From the NCBI GenBank assembly GCA_043228905.1, contig JBHGNT010000012.1, forward strand, positions 9,424,001 through 9,488,000: a stretch of 64,000 bases of DNA, given 5' to 3'. The stretch comes from Azolla caroliniana (Eukaryota; Plantae; Polypodiophyta). A program made the position numbers and the translations under genes. The notes beneath the pieces are model-generated. The model was given only the letters and a program-made list of their open reading frames with translations. It was not told where the DNA came from and ran no database searches. Positions 47,701-60,240 of this stretch are shown piece by piece (the stretch's first letter is position 1; every line of letters begins with the position of its first letter).

Positions 47701-50700
47701 GTTTCGACATTTGACAACACCATTTTGTTGTGGGGTGTAGGCAGTTGTAAGTTGGCACTTAATTCCATGCTCTTTGCAATACTCACAGAATTCTATTGAT
47801 AAGAATTCTCCACCTCGATCAGAGCATAACTCCTTCACTAAATTTCCGGACTCTTGCTCGACAAACTATGCCATCTTTTGAAGATTTTAAAACCTTCAGC
47901 CTTCTCCTGAAGTCGTCGACTACTAGCATATAGTAGAGAGATCCACCCATTGCAGGAGTCACCATTTTTCCAAAGAGGTCGATGTGTATTAGCTGTAGAG
48001 GAGTCTTTGTCCGATTTTGACTCTCCTTTGGAATGGCTAATCTTTGATGCTTGCCCATCATACAAGCATCACAAACTTGACTTAAGTCAGATAGGGTTGG
48101 CAACCCAAGTACCATATTCGACTTCTTCATCTCCTTCAACACAGCAACATTGAGATGCCCAAATCTCTCATGCCATTGCTTTGTGTTAGTACTTGTGCTG
48201 TGGTCAGTAGAAATTGTAAACACGCTCAGCTCATAGAGATTGTTGCGCCTTACCCCTATTCCTACAATTTTGCCAGCAGAATCTGTTATTTCTGCACCCG
48301 ACTTCTTGAATCAAACATCAAGTCCCTTGTCAGTCAGTGCAGAAATGGACAATAGATTCTTCTTGAGATCTGGCACGTACAACACTTGAGAGAGATACTT
48401 TGTCCCACCGGTCGTTGCTTTGAGGGCGACGGTTCCGGTTCCTTTGGCTGGACATCGAGCATTGTTCCCGACCACAACATTGATGGGCTCTTGTAGAGGT
48501 GTCCAAGAGCTGTACCAATCACGATTACTGGTCATATGTCGGGATGCTCCACTATCGAGAATCCAAGAGTCGTCGACAACTTGAGTGTCAACTGAAGAAC
48601 ACACTTCTCCAATTGTGACCCATAACTCAAGCTCATCTACGACATTGTTGGAGGACTCAAGCTCTCTCCAAGAAGTCTTACTAGAACCATTCTTCTCATC
48701 CGCCATCTTCTTCCGACAATCCTTGATTGCGTGACCCTTCTTGTCACAATAGAAACACGATCCATTGAACTTCTTCTTTGGAATCCTATTCGCGTTGTTT
48801 GAATTGGATGCCCCTTTACCCTTAGTCCTAGAGACAAATGCCAAATCTTCCCTTCTCTTCTCTTCAGCCGAAGCTCCTCTTCAAGCAGCATTGCACTTCG
48901 TTCATCAAATTTTAAAGGAGTGGGTCAAACCTGAGTGTTCAATGCTATCACAATGCCATCATACTTGGAAGGAAGTACTCGAATGCACCAACGAGCCATA
49001 TCCTCTGGAGAGACAACTACTCCAACAGCTGCCAACTGATCTTGAAGATCCTTAATCCTTTTTACAAAGGATTCTACTTTCTCTCCATCAGCGAGCTTCT
49101 TTGCAGCAAGCTGATTTTCGAGGTTTTGTATCCTTGTATAGTTTCTAGTTTCATACTGGCTGGCCAATATGCTCCAAGCTTCATGTGCCCTGGTTGTATG
49201 TTGCACTAATGTTAGTACAGAGTCACATACACCACTGACTATGGTACACAGCGCATCAGCATTCCTTCTCTTCCAGGCTCAAAGTAGATCAATATTTGGA
49301 GGGATTGATGTGGTAGGGTGTGCAGGGTCAAAGGTCAGCATGGGCTCAGGGTTTCCTCCTGTGGATCCCATGATTGTCTCCAACAACTTGTAGGTGTCCA
49401 AAAAGGCAGACATTTTGAACTTCCATAGAGTGTAGTTGGTTCCATCTAGCTTTCCATCAGACAATGGAGGTGGGCGAATGCGCAGTGGAGCAGCTGCAAC
49501 ATTCGTGGACAAGGCCATTGATACTCTCAAACTAAAGTGATCAGGCATGGGTAACAAGATCAGAACCAGAATTCTTCTTGGGAGAGGAAAAGGTGGAATA
49601 CACACGCTCCTACACATACCTAGGAGTAACCTTTACGGGACCTAGGTTCTCCTTACAGGAGGCCGCTTGTGCCCGACTTTCTCGTGGATATGCAGCCCTG
49701 GGTGCTCTTGAAAGACAATGTGCACATTTGCAGTTCCAAGAGCCACGGACTAAGCTGTGGTTATTTGATACACTTGTCACACCAACTCTTCTCTATGGAG
49801 TAGAGACATGGGGACCGAGTCTTAACAAGGCAAATCATTGGAAAGATTTAGAGAGACCTTTAGTGTCAATGATTGCTCGCATGATAAGGAGCAAAGCATC
49901 GGTGCCCCACGATATAATCCGGGCAGAGATGGGAGCAGCACCTATAATAACCGAGGCGTTGTTCCGATCAGTGACATTCATCCAACGTCTTTGGGAGCTC
50001 CCTAAACGAAGGTACCCAAGGTTGGCACTTATGTCATCAAGACAATTGGCTGAAAATGGAGACACTCATTGTTGGTATGCTGAAATGCAGCAATGGTTCG
50101 AGTCACATGGCATGAGCATAAATGCACTACCCCCGTTCCAATATAGCTTGGACTGTCCCCATCTCAATATGACCAAAGTGGAAAAGAATAGAGTGATCCA
50201 AACTGATATTATTAACTTAGAAAACAAGATAACATGGATTAGCCCCAAAATACCACTTGGTACAAAGATGGCCCACTATAAGACACACTTCTTACATACA
50301 TCGGAGGATGGATTTGTCATAAGGCCACCTTATATGGACATACATCTATCCTATGCATTGCGTAGTGTGATAGGGCAGCTGCGAACCTCATCACATCAGC
50401 TACAGATTGAGGTGGGCAGATATACACGACTACCTCTAGAAGAGAGAATTTGCCAATTGTGTCATCAAGGAGTGGAATCTGAAGAACACTACGTTTGTCA
50501 TTGTAGTGTCTTTTATGAAATCAGAGGGAGATACCATTGCCTCTTTAAACAAGGCTTTGGCCCACTACGCAAGGTAATGGAATATGAGGACCAAAGATGC
50601 CTAGGACTTTTCTTGCTCGAGCTCAAGAGACATCGGGAAAAGTTGTTGTAGAATACAGCCACACAAGCTCATCCACAAAGAACAATCACAACTTTCTTTA

Positions 50701-53700
50701 GCTCCATCACTCCTAATGCTAGAAGTCAACCCCAAGATACAGAAATGGGATCCAGACAAAGGGGTTACGATTGATCGGGCAATGGCAATTTGCCGTACAC
50801 GTAGGCCCCGGCCCCATGGACCACGACCCCGACACCCTTGTCATCGACAAATAAAAGCCATTATCTCCCGCCATCGTAGGTCCTTCCCTCGCTTCGGAGA
50901 CATTTCCATTCTGGATCGACCTATGATAGAGATCTTTCGGAGACAAAAGCTACAATACACCTAACTTGAGAATCTCGCATGTGCCAAAAACCAGATTCTC
51001 TCGTCTCTTTTCTTTTCATCTTATTTACTTTTATATTTATTGTGTAATATTTACTTTATTTTGATTTGTTCTCAAAGACGAGAAAACATTTAAGATGTAA
51101 TCTCTTATTCGGTCTTATAGGCCATTTTGGCCTCTTAAAAGACGTTAATATATCTTTCTTTCTTTCTTTCTTTCTGTGCCGCTAGACAGCAACTACCCGT
51201 ATATACCTAATCTAGATCAACCTCTCAGCTCTGATACCATGTTAGAAATATTGAGAATCGATTGGATAGGTATATACAGTTACAACCACAGAGATGGATA
51301 TATGAAAACAAAACTTCTATTACCTATGAGAGTAGCTCACAATGGTAGTTCACCCATGCACTTACACTTTAGAGCTTAGATGGGATCTAGACCAGCTCAC
51401 TACAAAAGTAGTGGGGACTGATGATCAATTCAACCATTGTGTAAGAAAGTGGACTATATTCTATGTTTGGTCTGAGTATAACGTTAAATGTGCAAGTCAG
51501 TTGATAGTAGTGGAGATATTCCTTTTCTGTCAACTGACTTGTCATTTAATATGACCCAACTCCCTAGATACAGGCTAGTGTTAGATAGTACTTATCTTGA
51601 AGTCAATGGCACATACTTCAAGACTAAGTACATCATAACTTGCCCACAAAATATTCTAGTTGACTTGATTAGACAATCCTATTACCTATTTCACTCTTTC
51701 CTAAATCCATTGTGTCCTGCGCATCTACAATTTCCTAGATTAACACCTTATCGACCCATATGGTCGAGTTGCACACTAACCACTCCTCATTTGGGGCACT
51801 ATCACAAAATGTGCACTCTAAAAGCACATATGGGGATAGATTTACAACTTGGGGCTGATCATTGGTTACATCTAACAATCAACACAAGCTAAAAAAAGTC
51901 ATATAGTCAAGAGATGAGGAGCTTCTTTCTCAATGGTCGAATGCTCTTCAAATGTAGTCCAGCATGAACATGAACGTTGAAAATCAATTAGAGATTCCTT
52001 CCTCTGGGATATAAATAGAGATTCCTTCCTCTTTGTGTTTAATGTGAAGGAAGAATTTCCACTCAACCTTCATAATGAGCTGTTCTCAAGTAAATTTCTG
52101 CCCCCGCATTTATCTTAGAGCTCCATTTGATATTGAATCTTGCACTTCATTTAGTCCCAGTTTTAAAAATCATAGTATAAGCTGTGATTCAGTTTTTGAT
52201 GAATTCCACATACTCCAAGAGGAGCCTTACAGATGCCCATCAATCTTTGAATTTCTATGAATAATTCATACATCCAATCCATGACTTTTTATGGTTCGGC
52301 CTTGAACACTTTCTATCCAGAGATTATTATTTTAAGGTCATACTTCTGGCTGCGGTTTTCTACATTGAGTGTTGATCAATGCCTTGAAGCTCATTATAGT
52401 AAGAAAAAGTGATTAATGATGCAGACATGATCCTAAGGACAAATGATATGTAAAAAGTTATTTGCTTGCTTCACCAAATGTTTGGGATGGTAACCAGATG
52501 TCAAGTGGAGTTTCGAAGAAGTAATTATACATTAAATCTGAATGTTGATGAACAAAAACTGTTTACAATCATCGCCTTCAAAATACTAGCAAACCTTTGT
52601 AAGCAAAAGTTGTTTTTGGCCTAAACTAGAAAAAAACATCAAGCTTGTGGAACTCATCTAATGATCAACCTCTTGACTACAAGAAAATGTCAAGCTTTTG
52701 CTATTAACCAATCTCTTTACCTCAAGAGCTAATCTAAACAATGCACTGATTAATAACTTCAATGCAAGGTACTGGCACTTATTTGAAACAAAACTAACTA
52801 GGGATTGAACTCAGGACATCTATAGGGAGGCCCAAGTCTTAAAAACTTGATTTAAAATCTTCAATGACCAGGGTGCGTAATAGTTTCAAAATAATTAGAT
52901 GACTATATGAGGTTCCAAACAACACACCATCCAAGTAAATGTATCTAATGTAAAAGACAGAATATTCAGGACATTGTCTGTGCATACATTTTAATAGACC
53001 CCAAATATGTAAATAAATCAACTTTTGAGTCACATAATAAAAGTTCCAAACATACCTTAAAGCCAGCATCTTCAAAAAGTACTGCATCAGTTGGGAGCAC
53101 CAGTAGGTCCTCATCACGCTTGGCTTTTATTTCCTATAAGAAATTTAGTCACTTAGTACTGTGTCAATTTACATCTTATCCACCAGAAAGAAAGAAAGAA
53201 AGATATATTAACGTCTTTTAAGAGGCCAAAATGGCCTATAAGACCAAATAAGAGATTACATCTTAAGTGTTGTCTCGTCTTTGAGAACAAATCAAAATAA
53301 AGTAAATATTACACAGTAAATATAAAAGTAAATAGCATGAAAAGAAAAGAAAAGAGGGAATCTGGTAAAAGATATAAAAGGTAAGAGGAAAACTCTGAAC
53401 TACCCCTGACTTTTGCCTTGTTTAACCAAATCCCTCTCAGTTTTCTTTATTTCGCAAAATATCATAGGTGAATGTCTCAAGACAAACATTTTACAATTTC
53501 ATCAACTATATGATCAATTCATCCCTTTTTTCTCAATTTTCTGTACTATTTGAGCAGTGATACACAATCTATCCTTTTTTCTCTTTCAGTCGTTGACGAA
53601 GGGCATGGGAAATCAAGAAAAACTCATAGGTAATCCAGCACTTTCCCCTAAAATTAAAACTATACATTAGGGTGGTTGTATATAATGCACCTTAAAGTAT

Positions 53701-56700
53701 GAGTTATCAAACTGTAGCCATTGTTGAGTCCATGATTGCCCTCCTGGATTTCCTGGACCATCTTTCTACAACATCAAAGCAGCATATTATTCAAAGATTT
53801 TACACTATCACTTTGTTAGAGAAGAAAAATAAACATAAAAGTCCTTTCCCAAGATAGACATCCTCACAGTATACTTTGTTGAAGACTTCCCCCAACCACT
53901 ACGTTCAGGTCTTGATCTTCCTAGAGTATGGGCACCAGACAATGCTACGATTTCCTAAAATTTAAAACAACGAAAAAACAGAGTGAGACAAACCCTATGC
54001 ATCAACCGTAAGTAGAAAATTTGAACTTTTCTTCTTGCCTTGTCCGATAAACCCATCCGGTAAAACACTTTGCGAAGGTGGTCTGCTGGTGATGGAGGGC
54101 CTGCATCTGTAGATCGACAAACAAAATCAATATTCAAGTCACAGATTGATTCAATAATGTGGAACAATTTCTAAACAGAACAAGCATCAATGGCAGCAAT
54201 TAATTCTATACCTGGAAGATTTCCCTCAGGTGGACAAGCTTCAGGCCCTGGTATATCAACTCTACCATATTTCATCGGAATTTTTGGGCCACCTGCCTCC
54301 TATAAATGTCATGGAACCTAACTTTGTATTATACGAGACAATATGCATGCACATATGGGTAGAAAAGAATGTTCCAATATTCGAGAACAGTTTGCAAGCT
54401 CAAGATAAAACATGTGTAGTCTTTGATTCTAGTGCAGTTTATAGTCTTTTACAACTTGTTCTCATTAGCCTAAACCTTAGCAGCAGAATTTGCATACTAT
54501 GCCAAGTCATTAAGAAATACAGTGCAAATTAGGCTGTGATTTACACATGTTTCAGCATTACATACACGCAGATTAGCATACTTAAGCAAAGTATGTTTAC
54601 TGAAACATCATTATTCTTAAAACTATGATATAAACTGCTTAGCACTACAAAATTATCGAAGCTTCAAACCTCAATGGCAGTTGCACTGGCAAGCTGAAAT
54701 AAGTCAGCCCAAGTAATGGTTGGGTATTTCTCCTTAATAGGTGTTATGAGTTTCAGAGCATTGTTGAGACCTAAAAATAAAACATTGTTGGTCAACTTAT
54801 GTCTTTGTAACTTTATTGGGATCTTCATATGGGCTAGGCTGGCCATAGACGGAACTGGTTTAAGAAAAGTACAGTACTCAAGCATAGCACATATACCAGC
54901 ATTTTTGTACTATCCCATGCTTAGGTTACCCAAAATGCAATAACCTTACACATGCTTACCAGCATTCGCAGCATGTTTTTGTACAATCTCATAGCTTAAG
55001 CTACCATTTGCACCACCTCTTGCAGGCCAATCTTCAATGGACTTGTCATATGTACCAGCATCATGCCAACCTAGCCGTATCTACACACAGCACCATATGT
55101 ACAGTGTTAAAATTAAGGAAACAAATGTGAAATACCTTTGGAATTTTCTTTATTTCCCCAAATGCCCTTGAAATTTTGGTTATTTATCAAATATCTTCCA
55201 TCAACCGTTGAAATAGAGAAAAATGATGATTAATCAACCATGCAATTTCTCAAAGAGCGCATATAATTGACGAGATTGTGATGAGTTGACCATATAATTG
55301 CTCAAATAGCATATATACATGCTCTTTTGGCCTTGAGCAAGAACATTCAGGATAAATAATGAACTCAGGGGCATTTGAGGAAACAAAGTAAAACATGGGT
55401 ATTTTTTGAGATTTCCCTTGAAATTATTACAACAAGAATCTAAGTCATGCTGGACATTGAGGTCCCAATGAGAAAATGATGAAATAAATGTAAATGTAGA
55501 TGTCAGAATTAATAAGCCCAAACCAAGACAAAATTTACCGTTATATACCAGGATTGGACTGCAGTACGTTTCCTTAATGAGCTCCTTTATATCATCTCTA
55601 GCTTTCTTCAATTGCTCCGGATCAAAAGATGAATTGGTGACAAAAATTCTGCTAATATTCCCACTGGAATGGACACCTTTCCTTTGCTCATTGAACTTCT
55701 GCAAGCAGCAACTTATCTACATAAGACTAGACCAAGCAAAGTTCTATATGATTATATAACCATGCATCATATAATCACCCTTTCATCTGGACGTAAATCT
55801 CCAGTCACAAGTATGAAAAGTGTATTTCCACTCTCATAGAATTTATATGGGAGAAAAAAAAACATTTCTCTGCAAAAAATTGAGACTTCACATGAACCTA
55901 AATCTAATATGTAAGAGAACTGCATTGTAATTTTGCAAATAAGTTTAAACAGGAAAAAGAGCAGCAATCAAAAAATGATGCAAATTCACATGGACCAAGC
56001 CTCCAAGACACGGAAAAACAAAATGGATTTCCTGTTTTTAGCATAAGTTCACATGAAAAGAGAAAAGAATACAGCAAAAGTTTTCAGTCCTCGTAGACCT
56101 AAATCTCTGAGCCATGAAAGGAAAGTGAATTATCTGATATTCCAGGCAGGACATAGAAATACTGCAAAATATGCAAATTTCGTATGAACCTGTTAACTAG
56201 GAACTGAAAGAAGGACAAATGCATCTCTAAGTCTCTGAGCCATATAAGAGAAGTGCATTTTACTGTCTTCCTTGTAGATTGATCGAGAAATACTGCATAT
56301 TATGCAAAGTTCATATGAACTCATTACTTCAGAAGCAAAAGAGAAAAATATGCACCTCTAAGTTTGTATATGGATGTACAAAGAAATATTCTAAAAACGC
56401 AGAATATGAACCTATTGACACAATCATGCATCTGCAGTCATATACATCTAAATTACATGGAAATACTGCAATAAATGCTGAATTCCTATGGACCTAAACC
56501 TCTTTGAGACATGGAATTGAAGCTCATTCCATCTTTCAGAATTATCTCATATATGGGACGAAAATGTTCTAACTTATTGTCCAATATATGGAAGAAAAGC
56601 ACCCTCAAGCCTTTCATATCATCTTATAATGAAGAGCGCAGTATACTTGCATATCACATTATATATTGAAAAGTAACGGTAAACTGCATATGACCATAAG

Positions 56701-57619
56701 CCTCTTACATGATATATTGATAGGAAAAACAGCCTTGCAAAATCCTCACAAGCCTAAAACTCTGATATAGACATGGAAAACCTGAAAAGTTTCCAGTATT
56801 GTACATAATCATTGATCTTCTATTGGAAAGAAAAATTGATTGCTGAGCCTTGATGAGCTCAAATCATCTCAGAGACATGGAAAAGAAATGCATCTCCAGT
56901 TCTTCAAATATAAATTCAAATGGAAAACTATTTACCATTTCTCTGCAGAAGATTTTATTTCTTATAAGCCTAAACTCTCTGATATATTTACGAAAACTGG
57001 AATTTTCCCATTATTGCATATAATCCACCATCTTATATCAGAGAAGAAAAATCAATCTTAATAATCTCCGAGATCACATGTAAGACAAGTTCATTTCCAG
57101 TTTCTCTAGCACAGATTTTACATGGTGGAAAAATAGGAGCATTTCTCTGCAAAAGATGCAAAACATAAAACATCTGAAAATAAATATGTAAGAGAAACCT
57201 CAAATGTAGTTTGGTAAATGAATTCACGCAGGAAAATTAAAACATTCTTTTGTAGAGATGCAGGTGCATATCGACCCAAGTCACGTATCATGGTCACAGG
57301 GAGGAGAAGTACATTATCTTCCCGTCTTTGGTTTCATCAGATCTTCAACATATATGGAATAGAAGACGGAGGAAACAGTCTACAAAATGAGACGAAATGA
57401 GAACTAATCCGAGATTTCAAAGATCATAAAGCTTACCTTGCAAGAATGGAGGGGCCTGAAGAACAAGGATGAGCTACAAAAGACGAGATGATCAGAGAAG
57501 TTCGCGGGATGCTTCAGGAAGAGTTTCCCGTAAGAGTGTTGACGAGGAGAAGGGGAAGGCGAAGGCGAAGGCGATAGGATCAGTGATGAATAGAGAAGGG
57601 AAGAGGAAGAGGCTGCCAT
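41736..57619 (-). CDS. tAPX: Chloroplast thylakoid-bound L-ascorbate peroxidase, 12 exons, ~438 aa
   Basis: Exons 57437-57619, 55549-55698, 54960-55080, 54670-54770, 54212-54299, 54039-54106, 53868-53954, 53691-53765, 53056-53133, 42625-42729, 42429-42521, 41736-41903 splice in frame. Ser-rich transit peptide; [33 protein letters not shown] motifs; C-terminal [20 protein letters not shown] membrane anchor. Confidence 0.93.
42008..42320. mobile_element. MULE-like MITE in APX intron 11
   Basis: Inverted arms GGGAAAAACTCTTCCAA..TTTCCCCAAATGCCCC versus GGGGCATTTGGGGGAAA..TTGGGAGAGTTT. Confidence 0.55.
43313..49518 (-). pseudogene. Copia gag-pol, frameshifted and interrupted by a LINE
   Basis: ORFs 49279-49617, 48311-48844, 47186-47677, 44236-44565, 43313-43894 (SDWAGD, SSTEAEY, DNQS). 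Confidence 0.88.
44786..46939 (+). mobile_element. 5'-truncated LINE (RTE/RTEX-like) inserted in Copia RT
   Basis: [18 protein letters not shown]-terminal CCHC; 3' AGGCCATTTTGGCCT hairpin and (TTTC)n tail; probable TCTAC TSD/microhomology. Confidence 0.88.
49545..51174 (+). mobile_element. Second 5'-truncated copy of the same LINE, in the Copia leader; open 357-aa ORF2 C-terminus
   Basis: Near-identical to 45303-46939; ORF 49578-50651; (TTTC)n tail. Confidence 0.9.
53186..53366 (-). mobile_element. Short 3'-end copy of the same LINE in APX intron 8
   Basis: Reverse complement of ~50990-51170 including hairpin and (TTTC)n tail. Confidence 0.85.
53385..53648. mobile_element. Possible MULE-like MITE in APX intron 8
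   Basis: GAGGAAAACTC..TTTCCCC ends; inner arms like 42008-42320. Confidence 0.4.
55117..55418. mobile_element. Possible MULE-like MITE in APX intron 2
   Basis: TTTCCCCAAATGCCC versus GGGGCATTTGAGGAAA inverted arms. Confidence 0.45.
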
Positions 57620-57774
57620 GGCATCTGCGAAAAAGAGAGAGGGAGGGAGGGAGGGAACAACACAGAGAGTCACATACAAACACTGTAACACTAAAGAAAG
57701 AAAGCAGAAGAATGGAATCGACCCAAGGATAATGCCAAGTGGCTCCTCCACATATGTACCTAATTGGCCACATG

Positions 57775-57970
57775 GTGGATGGATTGGGTTGGAGATTCAT
57801 GATTGATCGATTGATAATGGATGGATGGATGGATCTATTGATATTGTATGGATGGATGGACCGATCGATCGATTTATGGATGGATCGATTGATGTATCGA
57901 TCAATCAATCAATGTATGGGTCTATCAATCGATTGATCGATCAATGTATGTATGGATCGATCGATTGATG
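57775..57970. repeat. GATC/ATGG-rich degenerate microsatellite upstream of APX
   Basis: Repeated GATCGAT, ATGG and ATCA units. Confidence 0.7.
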
Positions 57971-59270
57971 AGAGTCAGACGACAAAAAAGGCAACGTGTG
58001 CATCCACCCTATTGGACGTCTGCCCGTGCGGAGCGGACATGGTCCGTCCACTAGAGTCACTAAATGCTATTCGTGTCCCTATATCACCTAGATGTGCCTA
58101 CACACATACGTCCATTTGTTGGAGGACAAACTGGGGACGATTAGAATATTTGTCTTAGATGGAATAATCCGACCAAATCAATTTATTTGGTTTATATATA
58201 ATAGACACTCTCTTATTGATACATTCATCTTGCGTAGATGCTCTTATCAATACTTAATTATGGGCTCACCTCGCCAAGCTCCGTAAGGAATAGCAAGAAG
58301 GAAATGCCATTGTGAAAAGTGATCATAGTGTCCCTTTTTTATATGATGTGAGAGTTCTCCTACACGATCAAGCATTAGGAGGAATGTACAAGTTTTGTTT
58401 GTGTTTGCCATCTCATGGACATTAAAATAATAGTGTCGTGAACATCGATATAAAATATCATAAGTGTACATATGCATAATACAATAATATCATCACGAAA
58501 AGGTTGTAGGACTTAAACCTATGAGCCTCATTGTATACAGCAAAGCTTCAACCAATGTAACATTAATTACTCATCATTAGTTTATGCTAGATTTGATAAT
58601 ACAATGTATCTCCACCTTACATAGGCTTATCCATGATTGAAAAATGGCACACTTGCAATGAATGCCAAGCGTCTAACCATGCTATATAAGTATAAGTCGA
58701 GCATGAATGTGTCTAAACATAGTAGGAACCATATGTACCATACGTGCATTTGCATTCAAGTATATTTCAATCATTTGAGTATGGTAAACACCCTTGTAAA
58801 TACCATATTCTTGTATTCATTATTTATTATAAGGTAAAACTTTTTTAAGGTAAGAAAGTTAAGGTAAAACATATATAAAGAAAACACAACTATGTTTTCA
58901 TAACTATGCATTCATTTGCAAACGTAGCAAGTTTTGGGCTTGTACGGTATGAGAAGGTGGCTACAAGAACTATTTCTTAAAAACATTGACGAAACCTTCC
59001 CAAGTGGTGGGTAAGTTCTTTGCAGTCCTTTGCCACAAATAAATGGATGGTGCGAGGTATGCACGTATCCATTCCTATTTGGTGGTTGTAATTTGCATAA
59101 GTATGAAAGTCACAAGTTGATACAAGTGGTGGTTGTGTTGTGTGCAAAGATGTAGTAAAAAATCTATGAGTAAAAAATGAATAGGGGAATTCATGTGGTT
59201 TTACTTGAGTTCTAAGGCTCGATAACATAAGTTAAACCTAGATAACCCATTAGAAAAAATGGTTCAAAAA

Positions 59271-60240
59271 TGTTGAGTGGACAAGCTCAACCAGATCCGG
59301 ATCGGCTGAATAAGCCAGAGCCGGAGCAAAGAACCGGATCGGTGTCCAGATAGATCAGTATCCGGAACCTAGAGCCGGACCGGAGAATCGGATCGTACTC
59401 TGAAATAGTGAGAACCGGTAGGCCATTGGAGAACCTACGGTCCGAGCCTAGTACGTAGCCATATTCCTTGGAGTTAGTGTCAGACGCTCGTATGAGCATT
59501 GAAGTACATCTTAATACTTTTGTCAGTTCGTTCAAGGACTTGTATAAAAAGTGTTCAATAGGACATTTGTATGTATAGAGTGTTATTATTTTGAATTGAG
59601 TTTTGTTCTCCTCTCTTTGTCTCTCCCGTGTACTCAAGCTTTCCATTAAACCTCCATTTTGTGTTCTGCTGTTATCCGAACTAGCCGGTTTTGTCTACGC
59701 TTCCGCACAATAGTTTTTTTACATGGTATCAAAGCACGAGGGTTGAAAATCCTATGTTGCCGACGAGTGACGCTCATAGACAAACCCTAACACCCGATAA
59801 AGAACAAGAAGGAGAGAATGGACTGAGGAATGGCTAGCTTGCTCCAGACGGAGAAGCTCGACAGATCCAACTATGCATCTTGGTCGTACAAGATGCACCA
59901 GTACCTGCTTGGGCATGACTAGTGGAAATATGTCAACGGAGCTAATGATACGACACCTGATGTGGCACACCGGGACTTCCCGGCTTGGGAACAAGCGACA
60001 AACACGCTAATGTACTGCTTCGCGTCCAGTGTCGGTGATCAGCAACTGAGCCATATTCGGGACGCAAAGATGCCAAAGGAATCTTGGGGAAACTTGAAAA
60101 ATGTCTTCGCCGCAAGCACCACGGCCCAGAACCATGTCCGACAGAAGGACATGTCAGTGGCTGACTACACGGCCTGGATCAAAGACATCTGCGACTCACT
60201 TGCCTCCATCAAGGTGATCTTCGAGGAAGATGAGATGGTG
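59271..60240 (+). mobile_element. Copia 5' end: LTR 59271-59723, PBS 59724-59735, gag remnant, truncated by element E
   Basis: TGTTGAG..TTTACA, TGGTATCAAAGC, MASLLQTEKLDRSNYASWSYKMHQYL. Confidence 0.85.

Larger units (their letters stand above)
42805..51877 (-). mobile_element. Ty1/Copia element in APX intron 9: 5' LTR 51240-51877, iMet PBS 51228-51239, 3' LTR 42805-~43350 (start deleted), TSD ATCAA
   Basis: LTR pair highly similar; TSD at 42800-42804 and 51878-51882; gag ([11 protein letters not shown]), [12 protein letters not shown], integrase, RT and RNase H remnants in Copia order. Confidence 0.92.
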
